From the NCBI GenBank assembly GCA_002269645.1, contig NIVC01004250.1:1-53290 (forward strand): DNA of 53,290 bases, written 5' to 3'. Numbering within the stretch: the stretch's first letter is position 1; each line of letters opens with the position of its first letter. The notes under the pieces were generated by a model. The model had not been told where the DNA came from. It saw only the letters and a program-made list of their open reading frames with translations, and searched no databases. Positions 49,548 to 53,290 of the stretch are shown piece by piece. The position numbers and the translations under genes were made by a program. The DNA comes from Macrostomum lignano. Lineage: Eukaryota.

Positions 49548-50925
49548 CGTGCCGCGTTTGTCTTGCTATCGAACAAAAGTTTGTTATATGAGATTTGTGA
49601 ACTTGCACAGGCCAAAGCTGTATCAATTTATGTGAGAGCACAACGCCAAAAAAGGGTTTTGCAGACCTTTTTATGTATGAGAGCGCCTCAAGCTTTATGA
49701 TGCACTTACTTAGCTCACCCTTTGCACATTGTGGACATGCTTGTCACATGCCTCTCCCTCTCTACCCGCAACTCGTTTGTCTTCCGGCCTGTCAGCTCGA
49801 GCCTCAACCCCCGCCCCAACCTCACTCTCTAAAATCTTGGATTTCGGCCTCAGTGAGGTGCCATTGTTCCTTCGCCCCGCTTTGCTCTGCCAGCATCTGC
49901 TGCTTTCTGCATGGCTGATTCGTAGCTCATTTTGGGCGCGGCTGCTTGCCTGCGCGCAGAGTTAAAACAACCTTCATCTCCAGCCGCCTCACACCATCGC
50001 ATGGAACTGTGCAAACCCACGTCGCAGAGCAGTTTACTCTTAGGGAGGGTTGGATGACAATTATGCAGGTAGAAGGTGAACACGTGCCCCAACCAGCTCA
50101 TGACCAACGAGTCTAGGTGTACGCATTTGTTAGCAGAATGCTCGCAAACAGGCTTTACCCGAAGTGGTCGCTACAGTACGTTCATAAAGAATCTATCTTA
50201 AGTATACAGTAACCAGTTTAATCTTGTTGAAAGATGCAAAGCATTTCAGCTTGACTCGTTAAATATTAGATGTTGGAAAACATGATGTCAATCAAAAAGT
50301 TTGTTTGCAAAGCTTTAAGGAGTTTAAGCACTGCATTGGATCCCGTGCCAGCGGTTCGATAATCGCCGTTTAATTAAAGCTGCGCACTTCTTTCAAAGTA
50401 TTTTTTGGAAGAAATACATTGCATAATGTTAAATGTCTTTCATCACAGCAATTACAACTCTCTCGGTTAGAAAATAATTAAATGTGATAAACAGATAGAA
50501 AATAGTTTAGAAAACAGTTTCTTGAAAAGTCATGCAGGTTCGAAGGAACATAAATTATGGCATAACTTGTTAATTAAAAAACTCTCAAAAACCATATTTA
50601 AAAATATTGATTCATCATAAACTACGAAAAAATACACTACGGAGATAGGAAGTTTTCTATTGCTTTCGATAGGAAGCAGACCCAATATTCATCTTTTGAT
50701 ATGTTGTGCCTTTCTTATAGCTCTATTGATATTTATAAAGGTTTCCCGTTCTTCTAGTTGAGTAGTCCCTGTGTGCAACGTTCTTACAAGTTCTTAAAGT
50801 TCTTATAAGAGACAAACAAACGAATTCGCTTTGATGTATTTCATTCGTTCCTCTAAAAATCGATGTTTTCAGAATTTGTGATGATTTATGCAAAAATATC
50901 CCTACAAATTCGTAATTCGGTGCGA

Positions 50926-53233
50926 TCAGTTCGAAGCCGATTGCATTGGGTTCGCAGGCACGGTCCAGCCCACTGGCACGCCATTCTTAGCGTTGTAGTC
51001 CTTCAGCCAGTTGTTCAGCGGCTGGAAATACTCCATCAGTGCATCGGCCGAGATGTCCTCCGGCCGGTCAGCTGTTGTAGAGCATCCGGCCAAGGCTTGG
51101 ACCGGCCGAGCCGCAGAGTGCGTCTAAGTGAAAAAATATAATTCTGAAGTTTGCTCACAAAACGTGTGTACTTTGTCTGTGTGTAAGGTTGCTTCACTCA
51201 GTATCCCCTCACCTGAGCTTATCTCCGCAGCGGTTGACCTGTAGAAATCGCACGTGGCCAAGGATCCCAAATGTCCAGCTTCCTGGCACAGGGCCTTGTA
51301 GAATTGGAACTTCAGCAGGAAGCTGACAAAATATCTGAAATTGGAAAAAGAAGCGCGTCACCTGTTAAGCGACTGAAAGTTGACTTTTATATTGTCTGTA
51401 TGTAATTGGTTTAAAAGAAGATGCAGTAGGTGACATTTATGTTTGATTAGGCTTCAGTTCTTTATGATCAACAGTTGGATCAATAACTGTACCTGATGTA
51501 GCTCACATCGATTGCTAAATGAAACTTGGACAGAGCGTCAGTGTCAGCCTCAGATCTTGTCACTGGCGGCCCGATTCCCCCAAACCGACTTCTGATCTGC
51601 CACCAGTCCTGGTTGAGCTGCTCCTTGGGTACCTGACCACCGAAATAGCGCCACTTCCATAGGTCCGCAACCAATGCGTAAGGAAGAAACATGACATTTG
51701 CCAGTGCTTGAGTAAACAGATTGTTCACAAGAGACTCTGGAAAAAATGCAAAAGAGTTCGATTATTACAAAAACTCCTTAACTACTAATATGGCAACAAA
51801 ATCATTTCGCATCGCTACTGGATGACCCTAATATGCCTTAACCACTGAAGTATACAAACTTACTGTCACTACTTCATAAACTTGCACAGGATCGGATGTA
51901 TATCAAAAGGTTTAAAACTGAAATAGCATTCGTTTCTCACCAGAAGTGTCGTTTGTGTGCTGGATAAACTTAATGGCCTTAAAATGTTTCGGCGTCAGAA
52001 CGGACAGCGTAATCGTATCGCCAATAGCCTCGTGAAAGCCCCCGTTCGCTCCCCTTCGAAAAATGACCGGCTGGTGAGAGTACAGCATGAAGTACATTAT
52101 GTGTCCCATCTCGTGATGAACCGTGCTGAAGCTGCTCATGTCCATTCGGGTGCACATCTTGATGCGGAAGTCGTCTCTTGACGCGCTGTGCATATCGAAA
52201 GCGGTTCCATGGCAGTTCATCTTGTGGTCCTTCGGCTTTAGAAAGACGCTCTTACGCCAGAATGTGTCTGTCATCTTTGGCAGTCCCAGACTTCTGTAGA
52301 ACTCGTCGGCGACGTGAGGAAGCTGTGGCACAGTCAGGAGACCACGCCTCTCCCTGTCCTTGAGAATGCCGTCGAAATCGATGGACTCGGCTGCTGGGAA
52401 CGGAACGAACTCATTGTGCCACTTTGTGTATTGGGATCCCCAAGGATCGTCACCAAGATGACCAGGTAGAAGCCCGTTAGCAGCAAATTTTCCAGGATAC
52501 TTCTGGTGCAGTCGGTGTCTTAGGTAGGCGTGCAGCTGCTCGTAGAGGGTTTGAACTGGTTGTAGAGCGACACGACTGTTTCCGGGAACTTTGGGTCTTC
52601 AAAAGCAGTAAAGTAATCGAAGTAGGCGTAATCTCGGAAGCCTAAAATTGAAAAGAACTCTTCAATTTTTAAAAAATATTTAGAAAACACTTCACCAATA
52701 GGCGTTGCCAGTACTAAATATCACTGAAGCAATAAATAATTGCATCGCGCTTCACTCACCGGAAGGCCAAACGGATTCGTTGAGCAGCTGAGCTCTCTCC
52801 ACGAACGCGTTTCGGAACTTTGCGCCAGTCGCATCGCGCCAGGACTTCCACAGATACCGCAGCTGGTCGTAGTCCTTTTTGGTGCGGAAGAAGTTTTCCA
52901 CGTTGTCCTCACCGCTGTCCAGGCACTTTCCTGGCGCGTAGCAACGACTGCTTGGTTGTAGTCTTGCATTATTCTCGACTGAACTTGATTGTAACGGCTG
53001 AAAGAGCCATCCGCAATGCTAAGTGACAGGGTACGTACGGGGGGGCTTAACTCAGCGATTGTAAACTGCAGCTTACAGCAGATTGCGTTACTCTTGAAGA
53101 CCTGCTTTCCCTGCAGAAGCTTCATCATTCTGGCCTCTCGGCGGCTGAGTTTCATCTTAAACTTTTTAAACTTGAGTGCGAACAGCGTTAGCCGGCTAGA
53201 GAACTTTTCCAGTCCAGCCTTCGCACGCTTCAG
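50926..53233 (-). CDS. ACE-like M2 peptidase copy B (5' end outside window), with four clear and one inferred 1-nt deletions
   Basis: Exons 53233-53077, 52997-52760, 52641-51941, 51736-51493, 51334-51213 and 51123-50926 at the same intron positions as copy A; HHEMGH and EAIGD intact; four exons are exactly 1 nt shorter than their copy A counterparts. Confidence 0.85.
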
Positions 53234-53290
53234 CTGTTAAAGATGGAAGTAGAGGGATACATTTAAAATCTATATCAAATAATATTTCTT

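Noticed and set aside
49850-50107. ORF containing WLGHV, like a LINE RT C-terminus
   Set aside because: The surrounding residues do not match; probably chance.

Overview
Eukaryotic (animal) genomic DNA with GT-AG introns, GC-rich Gly/Gln-run exons and tandem-repeat-filled introns; the style resembles a Macrostomum-type flatworm (inference only). All host genes are on the minus strand: a ZNF474-like multi-C2HC zinc-finger gene (4897-2387), a 9-exon p120/delta-catenin/ARVCF-family gene ending in DSWV (18551-8761), a 2-exon divergent DEG/ENaC subunit (25146-23328), and two tandem ACE-like M2 peptidases (copy A complete, 49547-46803; copy B partial at the right edge). Positions 26529-46387 are a tandem Ty3/Gypsy array (LTR-internal-LTR-internal-LTR) inside a single 4-bp TSD (GATG). 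The most unusual signal is in its LTR: besides the normal tRNA-Leu primer-binding site (PBS), every LTR carries a second full PBS behind a second integrase-compatible LTR end 78 bp inward, plus a third decayed PBS relic. The element also reads through the normal integrase end into a ~416-aa extra domain preceded by a splice-acceptor-like island. Small TE relics: a hAT-type MITE, a LINE RT fragment and a possible MULE derivative. Many 1-nt deletions in short G/C/T runs suggest long-read consensus errors, so frameshift calls are provisional. Coordinates were read by eye; no searches were run.
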